From the NCBI GenBank assembly GCA_034440155.1, contig JAWXBN010000011.1, positions 1 through 57,818 on the forward strand: 57,818 nt of DNA, read 5' to 3'. The notes under the pieces were generated by a model. The model was given only the letters and a program-made list of their open reading frames with translations. It was not told the origin of the DNA and did not search any database. Of the stretch, positions 9,385 to 19,840 are shown one piece after another; the first letter of the stretch is position 1, and each line of letters opens with the position of its first letter. Made by a program: the position numbers and the translations under genes. This stretch comes from Verrucomicrobiota bacterium (lineage in GTDB: Bacteria > Verrucomicrobiota > Verrucomicrobiia > JAWXBN01).

Positions 9385-11346
9385 TTATTTGCCGAAATTC
9401 AGATAGGTATATTCCTGTAACCCACGCTCATAATCATCCAAAAGCTTCATCCCCTCAGAGGGGATCATTTTATTTTGCTTAATAGCCGCATCCACTTGGT
9501 TTTTTACGGAACGAGAAAGCTCCACCTCACTATATTGTGTAAGGGCCAGGACTTCGGCGATGGTATTGCCACGGATGATATCTTCTACATAGTAACCACA
9601 GGGTTCATCAGGTTCCAGGAATACGTGGAGTTCGTTGACACGACCAAAAAGATTATGCAGGTCTCCCATGATATCCTGGTAGGCACCCATGAGGAAAAAG
9701 CCTATATAATAGGGTTCGTTGGGTTTTACTTCATGGAGTGGCAAGGTTTCGCGTGATTCTTTTAGTCCGATGAATTTCTTAATCTTACCGTCCGAGTCGC
9801 AGGTAATGTCGACTATACTTGATTGGCGGTCAGGTTCTATATTCAGTTTATGGATCGGCATGATTGGAAAAAGTTGCCCCACAGCCCAATGATCTAGAAG
9901 AGACTGGAAAATGGAGAAGTTACACATGAGCTGATCACTCAGTTGGGTCTCTAAATCGCTGATTTCTTCTGGTACATAAGACTCATGCTTAGCCTTTGCA
10001 TAGATTTCACGGCAAATTTCCCAGTAAAGATTTTCAATTTTGGCTTTAAGTTTGAGATCGGCCATGCCTAAGTCGAAAAGGTCTTGGACATCATCCTTGA
10101 TCTCCTTGGCATCGTGGAAGAGTTCCATGTAGTTTTTTGGTAAACCTTTGTTGGAAACACTTTCCTTGATGCTCTTGAGTTCATGGACCAATTTATGATC
10201 CTTTTCGATGTAATCAGGGGCCGTGTCAGGGTCGGCTTTTTCAATGCTGCCAAAGACATTCACGATCAGAACTGAATGGTGGGCGACGAGTGCCCGTCCA
10301 CTTTCGCTGACAATATTCGGATGAGGCACCTTTTCCGCATCACAAATCTCTTGAACATTAAAAATAATGTCGCGGGTATATTCTTTTAATGAGTAATTGA
10401 TCGAGCTTTCGTAGGATGAGCCACTACCATCATAATCCACACCCAGTCCGCCTCCCACATCGATATATTCAAGGGGATAACCCATTTGGTGGAGCTTTGA
10501 ATAATAACGGGCGGCTTCGCGTGTCGCCTTTTTAATCGTCAGAATATCGGGAACCTGGGAGCCGATATGGAAATGGAGGAGCTTAAAGCAATGATTTAAT
10601 TTGCGGCGCTTGAGCATTTCACAAGCCTCAAGGAGTTCCGGGGTCGAAAGACCGAATTTCGCATGTTCCCCGCCTGAGGTGGCCCATTTACCCGCCCCTT
10701 TGGCTTGGAGACGGACGCGGATCCCGATCCAAGGCTCGACATTCATTTCTTTGGCGACTTGCAGGATGAGTTTGAGTTCTTCAAGTTTCTCTACAATGAG
10801 GATGACTTTTTTGCCTAGTTTCCTGCCGGTCAAGGCGGTGCGAATAAAAATGGGGTCTTTGTACCCGTTACAGACAATCAGACTTTCCGGATTCTTATGC
10901 ATGGCTAAACCCGCAAACATCTCGGGTTTACTCCCCACTTCGACTCCGAAATTATAGGGTTCACCAGCATCGAGGATTTCTTCGACTACTTCGCGGAGTT
11001 GATTGACTTTAATGGGGAAAACACCGGTATAGAGGCCTTTATATTGGTAATGGCTAATGGCCTCCCTGAAGGCTCCATTGATTTGGTCAACGCGGTGTCG
11101 GAGGATATCCTGAAAACGGACAAGTAGAGGAAATCCTAACCCACGTTTTTTTGCTTCAGCAACAAGCTCCATAATATCGATTGAAGCCCCATTTTCTTGG
11201 AGTGGGGTGACCTCGATATTTCCTTTTTCATTGATGCCAAAGTATTGGTTGCCCCAACGGTCAACATGATAAGTTTCAATGGAGTCTTTAACCGACCATT
11301 TTGATGGGCCGGTTCCTTGTGGATTTTCTTCAGTGGCTTTGCTCAT
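9385..11346 (-). CDS. speA: biosynthetic arginine decarboxylase
   Basis: 653 aa with the PLP-Lys block FPIKVNQ, the block IDVGGGLGVDYDGS, and SpeA-typical length and C-terminal domain. Confidence 0.9.
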   Translation of the reverse strand: MSKATEENPQGTGPSKWSVKDSIETYHVDRWGNQYFGINEKGNIEVTPLQENGASIDIMELVAEAKKRGLGFPLLVRFQDILRHRVDQINGAFREAISHYQYKGLYTGVFPIKVNQLREVVEEILDAGEPYNFGVEVGSKPEMFAGLAMHKNPESLIVCNGYKDPIFIRTALTGRKLGKKVILIVEKLEELKLILQVAKEMNVEPWIGIRVRLQAKGAGKWATSGGEHAKFGLSTPELLEACEMLKRRKLNHCFKLLHFHIGSQVPDILTIKKATREAARYYSKLHQMGYPLEYIDVGGGLGVDYDGSGSSYESSINYSLKEYTRDIIFNVQEICDAEKVPHPNIVSESGRALVAHHSVLIVNVFGSIEKADPDTAPDYIEKDHKLVHELKSIKESVSNKGLPKNYMELFHDAKEIKDDVQDLFDLGMADLKLKAKIENLYWEICREIYAKAKHESYVPEEISDLETQLSDQLMCNFSIFQSLLDHWAVGQLFPIMPIHKLNIEPDRQSSIVDITCDSDGKIKKFIGLKESRETLPLHEVKPNEPYYIGFFLMGAYQDIMGDLHNLFGRVNELHVFLEPDEPCGYYVEDIIRGNTIAEVLALTQYSEVELSRSVKNQVDAAIKQNKMIPSEGMKLLDDYERGLQEYTYLNFGK

Positions 11347-11551
11347 TATTTTTTGTCTGTGAAAGAATCTATAAGACAGGGGCGCAGAAATTCAACTACA
11401 CATTCATAAAAAAAATCATTTTTCATTTTTGTCACAATTTACGGAGCCTGTTTCCGTTTTAGATATTTGGAGGATATTCAGCTTTATCGAGGTGAATTAC
11501 TTTTGGAAAAGCTCTTGCTCCTTGCCCTTGTGATCGTTTAAAATCAGGGCA

Positions 11552-12025
11552 GTGAAGAAAGATGTCATCGAAATAAGGGTCAAAAAGCTATATCAGGTTC
11601 CCCAAGGGTTTGCTGTTTTTGTTGGCAATGATAATAAAACTTTTATTATTTATGTTGACGGGGGTGTAGGGAGTGCCATCGATATGTTTTTACAGCATAT
11701 TCCCAAGGAAAGGCCCCTGACCCATGACCTTTTAATCAATATTATGCAAGGACTAGGGGCAGTTTTAGATAGGGTTTTGATTAATTCGATTAAGGGAAAT
11801 ACATTTTATGCTAGGCTATTCATAAAATGTGAGAATGAATTGGGCAAAAAACTCATTGAAATCGACTGTCGTCCAAGTGATGCACTCGCATTGGCCGTTT
11901 ATTATAAAACAAAGATATTTTGCGGCAAGGATGTGTTGGATTCCGTAGAAGATGTCAGTCACATTCTCCAGAAAATTGAATCACAATCCCTTGATGACAT
12001 TGATTTCAGCGGGGAAGAGGGTTAA
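11552..12025 (+). CDS. bifunctional nuclease (BFN/DUF151) family protein
   Basis: 157 aa, GTG start. Blocks FAVFVGNDNKTFIIYVDG, RPLTHDLL, FYARLFI and DCRPSDALALAV. Confidence 0.8.
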   Translation: MKKDVIEIRVKKLYQVPQGFAVFVGNDNKTFIIYVDGGVGSAIDMFLQHIPKERPLTHDLLINIMQGLGAVLDRVLINSIKGNTFYARLFIKCENELGKKLIEIDCRPSDALALAVYYKTKIFCGKDVLDSVEDVSHILQKIESQSLDDIDFSGEEG

Positions 12026-12053
12026 GCGAAAATGATGAGCCTGTCGGAATAAA

Positions 12054-13904
12054 GTGAAAAACCCGAACAAACAATATTTGAATAGTGCGTCAATCGATCT
12101 TCTTGTCGGCTGCGGCTTATGGACCCTGCCACTCTTTGCACTTACTTATCTGTTAAATTTACAATCATTGATCGGTGTAGGATTCTTCTTTTATTTTTTA
12201 GGAAACTTCTCGAATAACCCACACTACATGGCCACTATCTACCGGGCTTATGGGAGAAGGGAGAACTTCGAGAAATACCGTTTTTTTACTATCTACATAA
12301 CGATGATTGTCTTGATGACAATTATTGTTGCCCATGGTTTCCCCCTATTTTTCCCCTTGGTTTGGACTATTTATCTTATCTGGAGTCCGTGGCATTATAC
12401 AGGCCAGAATTACGGTATAGCCATGATGTTTGTCCGTAGGGGAGGCATAAATCCTGACCCCAAAGAGCGCAATTTGCTCCATTATTCATTCATCGCCTCC
12501 TATATCTGTTGGTTGGTTGATATGCAAAGTAGCGGAATGGTGGATCCCTATGTTTTGAACTTAGGCATTCCTCAAGATGTAGCCGTGCCTTTACGGAGCA
12601 TTTTATTGGTTATTTTCCTTGTGTGTGGAGTCTGGTCTTTGGTTTCCATGTCGAGAAATGGTGAAGCGCGCAAGTTGCTTCCGGCTACAGTTTTACTCAT
12701 GACCCAGTTTTTATGGTTTTTAGCACCTGGAATTATCAAATTTATGACAGGCGGTAATCTTACGCCGACTACCTATGCTGGGGGAGTGTTGGCTTTCATG
12801 CATTGCACACAATACCTTTGGATCACGAGTTATTATACAAAAAAGGAGATGGTTGTTACTCAGGGAAAGGATCAGAGGGGATGGAGTCCGTGGCGTTATT
12901 ATGCGATCCTATTTATTGGAGGGGCCGCTTTATTCCTGCCCGGCCCGTGGTTAGTGAGTTATGTTTTTAATTTTGATTACATGAAAAGTTATCTCATTTT
13001 CTTTTCCTTGGTAAATCTTCACCATTTTATCCTTGATGGGGCAGTGTGGAAGTTACGTGACAAGCGAGTGGGTAAATTACTTTTGGATACGCCGGAAAAA
13101 TCCACTCAAGGTATATCGCCGTTAGATAATGGGCGTCAGAAGTCTCTCATCCTCTGGAAAGTTACTGGAGCTTTTGTGGGGTTATTTCTCACACTTTTAG
13201 TTGCGGCAGACCTTCTGCAATATTACATGACCCAATCAGATTCTACAGAGAAACAACTAAGCTTGGCTGGAAAAATCAATCCAAATGATTCCCGTGTGTA
13301 TTCCGCCCAGGCCATGAAGTTTCTTGATCAAGGAAATGCGCTTGAAGCGAGTAAACAAATACGTATTGCACTAGCACTGGATTCCTACGGGGCAAAATCA
13401 GATCAAATATTAGGAAACTCCCTGATGGCCTCATCTAAGCTGGAAGAGGCATTTATTCTTTATAGTGATATGGAGAAAAAATATCCACAATGGCGTGAGG
13501 TAAGCGGTAGTCTAGGAATAGTGGCACTACAAACAGGACACTATGATATTGCCGCAGATCGCCTGGGGAAGATCTATTTGCGTAACCCCAAGGATATGGG
13601 GATTATTTTACCCCTGTCTATTGCACTTCAAATGAATGGGGAATATGAAAGAGCTATACCCCTATTAGAAAAATATATTGCGGTGATGAGTCAACAAAAC
13701 GGGCATGCTGTAAATGTACGAGATCATATCCAAGCAGCTATTTCGTTGGCAGATGCGTATTGGCATGTAGGCAGGCTTCAGGATGCCGTTTACTGGATGG
13801 AATTAGCACACGCGGGTGCACGAGAGTATCGTCTGCAGGATATGGAAATGACAGCAGGAAAATATCTCGACGAAATGAAAAATTCATCTGGTCCTCGACG
13901 TTGA
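12054..13904 (+). CDS. polytopic membrane protein with C-terminal TPR-like domain, function unknown
   Basis: 616 aa, GTG start. The first ~370 aa hold about 10 hydrophobic segments and His-containing motifs (WSPWHYTGQNYG, HCTQYLW, NLHHFILDGAVWKLRD). The last ~230 aa are TPR-like. I did not recognise a family. Confidence 0.6.
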   Translation: MKNPNKQYLNSASIDLLVGCGLWTLPLFALTYLLNLQSLIGVGFFFYFLGNFSNNPHYMATIYRAYGRRENFEKYRFFTIYITMIVLMTIIVAHGFPLFFPLVWTIYLIWSPWHYTGQNYGIAMMFVRRGGINPDPKERNLLHYSFIASYICWLVDMQSSGMVDPYVLNLGIPQDVAVPLRSILLVIFLVCGVWSLVSMSRNGEARKLLPATVLLMTQFLWFLAPGIIKFMTGGNLTPTTYAGGVLAFMHCTQYLWITSYYTKKEMVVTQGKDQRGWSPWRYYAILFIGGAALFLPGPWLVSYVFNFDYMKSYLIFFSLVNLHHFILDGAVWKLRDKRVGKLLLDTPEKSTQGISPLDNGRQKSLILWKVTGAFVGLFLTLLVAADLLQYYMTQSDSTEKQLSLAGKINPNDSRVYSAQAMKFLDQGNALEASKQIRIALALDSYGAKSDQILGNSLMASSKLEEAFILYSDMEKKYPQWREVSGSLGIVALQTGHYDIAADRLGKIYLRNPKDMGIILPLSIALQMNGEYERAIPLLEKYIAVMSQQNGHAVNVRDHIQAAISLADAYWHVGRLQDAVYWMELAHAGAREYRLQDMEMTAGKYLDEMKNSSGPRR

Positions 13905-13926
13905 TTTCAAATTCAACAACGGACAA

Positions 13927-14808
13927 TTAAAGGTAATTTGCTGCCTTATTCCTTAAAAGGTCCAAGAAACGGTTTGCACATGGGGGGAGGGAGCCCTTCC
14001 AAAAGGCGGCAATGGGTAATTTGGGGAAATCCTTGAGGACAATTTCAATGAGTCCTTTGGGCGGTTTAAAGTCAGGCCGTTTGACTGATAATCCCCAGCC
14101 GAGTCCCTGATTGGCATACGCCTCAACTAATTCGATTGAACCCGCTTCAATTGTTACTGGCCAAGAGTAGCCCAAAGATTCCAGATGGCTTTGGAAGAGG
14201 GAAGTGAGTTTTTCATGGTCAGGGAGGGAAATAAGCGGAGGGGCGGCCAGTTTGATTGCTTTAAAAAGATCCTTTTCATTTTTGATATATGACAGATTAG
14301 AGGGGATGAGAGCAATCATGGGGAGACGGATAATTTCAAGACTTTGAATACGGGGGGGGAGGTGTTGCTCGAGTACTGTTATCGCCAGATCAGCATCTCC
14401 TCTATCCAGTATATCGATTGAACCAGATTGATTCCTGTCAAAAATCCTCAAGACTACATCCGGCATTTCCTTCTTCAGTTGTTTAAAAAGATCAGGAAGG
14501 TATATTTTTAAGAATTCACTGACACCGGTTATACGGAGTTGGGGTTTCAGGTTATTGAAGATTAATTCATTAATATCTTTTATCCCTGAAAAAAACGGAT
14601 TGATAAAATCATAAATACGTTTTCCAGCTGCCGTCATAGAAAATGGTTTTCTTTCAAAGAGTTTTACTCCCAGTGATTTTTCTAAGGAGATCAATTGAGC
14701 ACTGACAGCCGGTTGCTGGATACCATAAGGAATATGACGGCAAGCTTTGACGATTCCCCCGTGTCTGGCTACATAGTAGAAGAGTTCAAGATGGTGAGTA
14801 TTGACCAT
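13927..14808 (-). CDS. LysR-family transcriptional regulator
   Basis: 293 aa. An N-terminal wHTH (LELFYYVARHGGIVKACRHIPYGIQQPAVSAQLISLEKSLGVKLFER) is followed by a LysR substrate-binding domain. It is divergent from the 14867 gene. Confidence 0.85.
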   Translation of the reverse strand: MVNTHHLELFYYVARHGGIVKACRHIPYGIQQPAVSAQLISLEKSLGVKLFERKPFSMTAAGKRIYDFINPFFSGIKDINELIFNNLKPQLRITGVSEFLKIYLPDLFKQLKKEMPDVVLRIFDRNQSGSIDILDRGDADLAITVLEQHLPPRIQSLEIIRLPMIALIPSNLSYIKNEKDLFKAIKLAAPPLISLPDHEKLTSLFQSHLESLGYSWPVTIEAGSIELVEAYANQGLGWGLSVKRPDFKPPKGLIEIVLKDFPKLPIAAFWKGSLPPCANRFLDLLRNKAANYL

Positions 14809-14831
14809 GGGAGATATATAGCATTATATAA

Positions 14832-14858
14832 ATCGATACATAAATAAATATTATCGAT
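14832..14858. promoter_or_regulatory. candidate LysR operator (inverted repeat ATCGATA-N13-TATCGAT) in the divergent intergenic region
   Basis: A perfect 7-nt inverted repeat (14832-14838 and 14852-14858) sits 24 nt upstream of the LysR start and just upstream of the triple-fusion gene. LysR sites are typically AT-rich dyads of the T-N11-A type. Confidence 0.3.
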
Positions 14859-14866
14859 TATTTTAA

Positions 14867-17800
14867 TTGATAAAAATATGTACGCTTTTTCATATGGATA
14901 AATCTATTGATCAAGGTTCCACTTCACTTTGGCGAATATTATTCGCCCAAGCTCAAGTGGTTTTTAATGATAATGCGGCCAAACTTGCTTTGGTTGGAGT
15001 CATACAGGTTCTTCTGGCTTCCGATACTCAAAAGGCGGCAATTTGGGTCGGGGTCATTGCCGTGTTGTTGGTTTTACCATTTGTCCTCTTTTCTCCACTC
15101 TGTGGGTGGATGGCGGATCGTTTTTCTAAGCGTGATATTATGCTGCGTTTATTATTTTTTCAGGTCTTTGTGATGGGCTTGATGATAATGAGTTTACTCA
15201 TTCAAAATCTTTATCTTGCCGCTTTTTCCTTTTTCCTCTTAGCCGTGCAGGCGACGATTTTTTCTCCCGCAAAACAAGGCATACTCAAAGAAATTGTCGG
15301 TTCCAAAGGATTAAGTATGGCCGTGGGGTGGATGGAATTATTGACCATGTGTGCAATTTTATTAGGAAGCTTTGCAGGGGGATGGGTTTTCGACCGGTTT
15401 CTCGGGCAGGGACACTCCACTTGGGGTGCAGCATTATGGGTGATCATGATTCTCTCTATTTTGTGTATTCTGACCATTGCTATTTTCCAGCCTGTGGTTA
15501 AAACCCCGTCCCAGATGAATGAATCCTTCGAGTGGAGGATCACCTACAGTCACTTTTATGCATTAAAGCATTTATGGCAAAATAAGGCATTGAGTCTGGC
15601 ATCCTTGGGAATTGCCTATATCTACTCCTTAGGAGGGGTTTTTTATTTAGTTATTTTGCAGGCTGGTCGTGAAGTTTTTGCCGGCAAGGCTGGAGCTACT
15701 AGCCAAAGTGGGCTGAATCTCTTAGTACTTGGACTTGGTGTTGCTTTGGGTGCAATTTGCGCAGCATTATGGGGAAAAAGGCGACTGGAGATGGGGGTGA
15801 TTGCAATTGGCGGATTAACCATGCCTCTATTCCTTTTTTTGTTGGGATTCTTACCCGTAACTACAAGTATATTTAACTGCGTATTATTTTTGGTGGGTGT
15901 ATCTACAGGGCTATTCATCGTACCGTTGAATGTATTCCTGCAGGATAATGCCCCCGAAGTGGAAAGAGGCCGGATTTTAGCAGCCACGAATTTGATGACT
16001 AATCTGGGAGGCGTCTTCTCTGTGGGGGTCTACCTCTACATGTCGAATGTTTTAAAGCTTTCTTCCGGTACCCAATTTCTTATTCTCACATTCCCCACAT
16101 TAGTTGTGGCACTCATTGTCCTCAGGTTACTGCCTGAAAGTTTAACCCGTGTGATAACTGTTTCAGTATTAAGCCTCTTTTATAAAGTCCATGTACAGGG
16201 AGAAGATAAAGTGCCGAAGAACGGGGGAGTATTATTGGTATGTAATCATGTGAGTTATGTGGATGCCTTTATTCTCCAGCTCGGGTGTCCCCGGATAATC
16301 AGGTTTATCTCCTATGAATCATTTTTTAAGATTCCTGTACTTGGATTTTTCCTCCGACTGTTTAAGACAATTTCTATTTCATCAAAACATGCAAAAGAGG
16401 CCATTCGTGTATCATCTGAACGCCTCAAAGGGGGCGAAGTAGTCTGCATTTTTCCTGAAGGGGAATTAACCCGCACAGGGAAAATGCAGGGTTTTAAAAG
16501 AGGGTTTGAACTCATCGCCAGACGAGCGGGAGTGCCTGTAGTCCCTGTCCATCTCGATTCCGTGTGGGGTTCGATTTTCTCATTCAGGGGCGGGCGTTTT
16601 TTCTCTAAGCTGCCCGTAAGAATCCCGTGGACTGTGACCGTATCCTTTGGGGAACCAATTTCGCCTACAGAAGCTGATCCTGTCGTCGTGAGGCAAAGAA
16701 TTATGGATTTGGGGGAGGAGGCTTTTTCTTCACGGCCAGAATTGAAAGGGAATATCGGTTATGAGGCAATGAATTGCCTGAAGAGAAACCCTTTTAGGTG
16801 TATTATTGTTGATCGGACAGTTGAACGACAAGAGATGAACCGCATCACACTCTTATCAGCTTCATTAACATTGGCAAGTTACCTCAAGAAGAATATTCCT
16901 GATAAAAGGATTGGCATTATTTTACCCCCGGGTATAGGCGGGAGTATTGTAAATCTGGGTGTAGTGTTGGCGGGAAAAGTCCCTGTTAATTTAAATGTTA
17001 CAGCTGGGATGCCATCTGCTAAGGCATGTTTAAAAAGGGGAGACATACGAACAATCCTTTCTGCTGAAATAGTTCAGAGAAAGTTCCCTGATTATCCATG
17101 GACGGAGAATACGATTGATTTTGGAAAGTTGATTAAGGGCATTCCTAAAAGCCATCTTTTAATCAATTCTCTCTTGGGTTTCATCTTGCCCGCCCGCCTA
17201 CTGGCATGGGTAAAAGGAATATCAACTCAGGGGGGGAATGAAGAAGCGATTCTACTTTTTACCAGTGGTAGCTCAGGGGAACCCAAAGGGGTAGTGATCT
17301 CCCACAGCAATTTGCTCGGAAATATAGGCCAGATTAACAGTGTGGAACTGATCCAGCCTTCTGATTCAATTTTAGGATCCTTACCGCTTTTTCATAGTTT
17401 TGGGCTGAATGTCACACTCTGGTATGTGTTTCTGAGGGGGTGTAAGGTTGTTACTGTTCCATCTCCCCTAGAAGCGCGTAAGATTGCTGATGCTGTTCGG
17501 GAAGAAAAAGTCACAGTCATGTTGAGTACGGCGACTTTTATCCGTAGTTATATGCGCAAACTGGAGACTGGAGATTTTGTATCTTTGAGGTTTGTGATTG
17601 CAGGAGCTGAAAAAATGCCCCTTGAATTGTATCATTCGTTTAAAGAAAAGTTTGGCATTGAAATCCTTGAAGGTTATGGGCTGACGGAAACTTCTCCAGT
17701 CAGTAATGTAAACTTGCCTGACCCAGTCATGGGGCTCGGGGAAAATCTTAATCAAGTCGGACATCGTCTCGGGTCAGTAGGACGTTTATTACCCGGACAG

Positions 17801-18334
17801 ACGGCCCGGATTATTAACCCTGAAACCTTCGAGGAAATGCCCCTGACATCCACCGGCATTTTAAAATTAAAAGGTCCCAATATTTTTAAAGAATATCTTG
17901 GGGAACCTGAGCGAACGGATTTAGTGCTCCAAGAGGGCTGGTTTTCGACCGGGGATATCGCCCGTTTTGATGAAGATGGATTCATGTATATAGAAGGGCG
18001 TTTATCTCGGTTTAGCAAGATAGGCGGGGAAATGGTGCCTCATGGGACCATTGAAAGTAAGATAGTTGAAGCTTTAAAGATAGACCAATTTGATGGTGTC
18101 AAAGTAGTGATTGTGGGTGTTCCTGATGAGTTTAAAGGTGAGACATTAGTACTTGTAACATCTGTTGATATAAATAGGGATGAGCTTAAGAAAGCCTTAT
18201 CAGAAGCGGGATTGCCCAATCTATGGATTCCTAAAGTCATCAAAAAGGTAGATGTTATTCCCATATTACCAACCGGAAAATTAGATTTGGCCGGTTGTAA
18301 GAAAATCGGAGAGTCTGAGTATAAAAAATATTAG
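14867..18334 (+). CDS. aas: triple fusion of an LplT-like MFS lysophospholipid transporter, a PlsC-type acyltransferase and an acyl-ACP synthetase (Aas-like)
   Basis: 1155-aa single ORF. The N-terminal ~420 aa are polytopic and MFS-like. The middle carries the HX4D acyltransferase motif NHVSYVDAF and FPEGELTRTG. The C-terminus carries AMP-binding motifs TSGSSGEPKGV and GYGLTETSP. The likely start is ATG 14894 rather than TTG 14867. Confidence 0.75.
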   Translation: MIKICTLFHMDKSIDQGSTSLWRILFAQAQVVFNDNAAKLALVGVIQVLLASDTQKAAIWVGVIAVLLVLPFVLFSPLCGWMADRFSKRDIMLRLLFFQVFVMGLMIMSLLIQNLYLAAFSFFLLAVQATIFSPAKQGILKEIVGSKGLSMAVGWMELLTMCAILLGSFAGGWVFDRFLGQGHSTWGAALWVIMILSILCILTIAIFQPVVKTPSQMNESFEWRITYSHFYALKHLWQNKALSLASLGIAYIYSLGGVFYLVILQAGREVFAGKAGATSQSGLNLLVLGLGVALGAICAALWGKRRLEMGVIAIGGLTMPLFLFLLGFLPVTTSIFNCVLFLVGVSTGLFIVPLNVFLQDNAPEVERGRILAATNLMTNLGGVFSVGVYLYMSNVLKLSSGTQFLILTFPTLVVALIVLRLLPESLTRVITVSVLSLFYKVHVQGEDKVPKNGGVLLVCNHVSYVDAFILQLGCPRIIRFISYESFFKIPVLGFFLRLFKTISISSKHAKEAIRVSSERLKGGEVVCIFPEGELTRTGKMQGFKRGFELIARRAGVPVVPVHLDSVWGSIFSFRGGRFFSKLPVRIPWTVTVSFGEPISPTEADPVVVRQRIMDLGEEAFSSRPELKGNIGYEAMNCLKRNPFRCIIVDRTVERQEMNRITLLSASLTLASYLKKNIPDKRIGIILPPGIGGSIVNLGVVLAGKVPVNLNVTAGMPSAKACLKRGDIRTILSAEIVQRKFPDYPWTENTIDFGKLIKGIPKSHLLINSLLGFILPARLLAWVKGISTQGGNEEAILLFTSGSSGEPKGVVISHSNLLGNIGQINSVELIQPSDSILGSLPLFHSFGLNVTLWYVFLRGCKVVTVPSPLEARKIADAVREEKVTVMLSTATFIRSYMRKLETGDFVSLRFVIAGAEKMPLELYHSFKEKFGIEILEGYGLTETSPVSNVNLPDPVMGLGENLNQVGHRLGSVGRLLPGQTARIINPETFEEMPLTSTGILKLKGPNIFKEYLGEPERTDLVLQEGWFSTGDIARFDEDGFMYIEGRLSRFSKIGGEMVPHGTIESKIVEALKIDQFDGVKVVIVGVPDEFKGETLVLVTSVDINRDELKKALSEAGLPNLWIPKVIKKVDVIPILPTGKLDLAGCKKIGESEYKKY

Positions 18335-18412
18335 CCACCAAAAACTCTTTTGATGTTTGACTGCATATTTAAGAGTATTGGAACAGATTAGAGTGATTTT
18401 GAGGGTGGGGTA

Positions 18413-18706
18413 TTATTCAATAATTTCAGGATTCGTTCTTTCCCATGGGGGAGTCTTCGCCCTGAGAGTGGAATGATGAATAATCCAGTAGGCGGTAGCC
18501 ACAAGGACACCTCCTATTAATGTCGCGATGAACCATAACCATGGGCCGCCAAAAAAGACGCCTGCATTTCTTAAGCGCAATTCATCCGCATCTTTGAGTA
18601 CGCCAAGGGCAAAAAGGAGATGAACAAGGGCGATGGCCAGTACAGAGATGAGATATATCAGAATTAAGAAACTTCCCGGGATAAGATTAGAAAAATTAAA
18701 ATTCAT
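18413..18706 (-). CDS. small membrane protein (3 predicted TM segments), function unknown
   Basis: 97 aa with three hydrophobic stretches (FLILIYLISVLAIALVHLLFALGVL; WLWFIATLIGGVLVATAYWII). No motif recognised. Confidence 0.5.
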   Translation of the reverse strand: MNFNFSNLIPGSFLILIYLISVLAIALVHLLFALGVLKDADELRLRNAGVFFGGPWLWFIATLIGGVLVATAYWIIHHSTLRAKTPPWERTNPEIIE

Positions 18707-18741
18707 AATAAAGATTACCCGCGAGGTTGATAGAAGGGAAT

Positions 18742-18774
18742 AAAAAAAGCGGCTAGGAATTTCTTCCGAGCCGC
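18742..18774 (-). terminator. Rho-independent terminator of cysK
   Basis: On the minus strand GCGGCTCGGAAGAAATTCCTAGCCGC forms a 6+4 bp stem with a 4-nt loop, followed directly by T7 (plus-strand A7 at 18742-18748). It lies 23 nt after the cysK stop. Confidence 0.6.
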
Positions 18775-18796
18775 TTGAAATACTATTTTTGAGGAA

Positions 18797-19759
18797 TTAA
18801 CCACCAACTTCAGCGCGTGCATCAGATGCTAAGGCTGTTGACAGGTATCTTTCCCCGGTGGAACAACCGATTGTGACAATCAATTTCCCTTTATTTTCAG
18901 GGCGTTTTGCGACCTCAATAGCCGCGACGACATTGGCTCCAGTGGAAATACCAACCAAGAGACCTTCTTCTTTAGCCAAACGGCGGGCCATCGCAAAGGC
19001 ATCGTCATTCGTTACCGTGATCACTTCATCAATGATATCCATATGTAGATTATCAGGAACAAAGCCTGCTCCCGTCCCTTGAATCTTGTGAGGGCCGGGT
19101 TTAACGGGTTCGCCATTCCTTGTCTGGGTAATAACAGGAGAGTCTTTGGGTTCAACAGCAATGGCTTTAAATTCTGGTTTCCGAGCTTTAATAACCTCAG
19201 AAATCCCGGTAATAGTACCACCAGTACCGACTGCCGAAACAAGAATGTCGATCTTTCCGTCGGTATCTTTCCAGATTTCTTCTGCAGTCGTTTTCTGATG
19301 GATATCAGGGTTTGCTGGATTTTTGAATTGTTGAGGGATCCAAGAGTTAGGATTTTCCTTGTGGAGGGCTTCAGCTTTGGCAATGGCACCTTTCATGCCT
19401 TCGGCGGCAGGAGTGAGGACAAGCTTGGCTCCCAGCATTGCCAAAAGTATCCGGCGCTCTATGGACATCGTTTCAGGCATGGTGAGGATAATTTTATAAC
19501 CTTTTGCAGCAGCAACAAAGGCTAGGGCGATCCCTGTATTACCAGAAGTGGGCTCGATAATAAGTGTATCCTTCGTCAAGATACCTTTCTTTTCAGCGTC
19601 ATCGATCATTGCAGCTCCGATACGGTCTTTGACACTTCCTAGCGGGTTAAAGAATTCGGCTTTAACTGCGACTGTAGCCTCTAAACCTTCTGTAACACGG
19701 TTTAATCTGATAAGGGGAGTATGTCCGATAGTTTCAATAACATTATTATAGATTGGCAT
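18797..19759 (-). CDS. cysK: cysteine synthase A (O-acetylserine sulfhydrylase)
   Basis: 320 aa with the PLP-Lys block [11 protein letters not shown], then [10 protein letters not shown] and GTGGTITG. Confidence 0.9.
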   Translation of the reverse strand: MPIYNNVIETIGHTPLIRLNRVTEGLEATVAVKAEFFNPLGSVKDRIGAAMIDDAEKKGILTKDTLIIEPTSGNTGIALAFVAAAKGYKIILTMPETMSIERRILLAMLGAKLVLTPAAEGMKGAIAKAEALHKENPNSWIPQQFKNPANPDIHQKTTAEEIWKDTDGKIDILVSAVGTGGTITGISEVIKARKPEFKAIAVEPKDSPVITQTRNGEPVKPGPHKIQGTGAGFVPDNLHMDIIDEVITVTNDDAFAMARRLAKEEGLLVGISTGANVVAAIEVAKRPENKGKLIVTIGCSTGERYLSTALASDARAEVGG

Positions 19760-19840
19760 AGTTTATTTACTTAAAGGTTGATTGATTATGGGAAACATAG
19801 TTTAAATCCCCGATAACAACAAACAAAGCTTTTAAAATAG

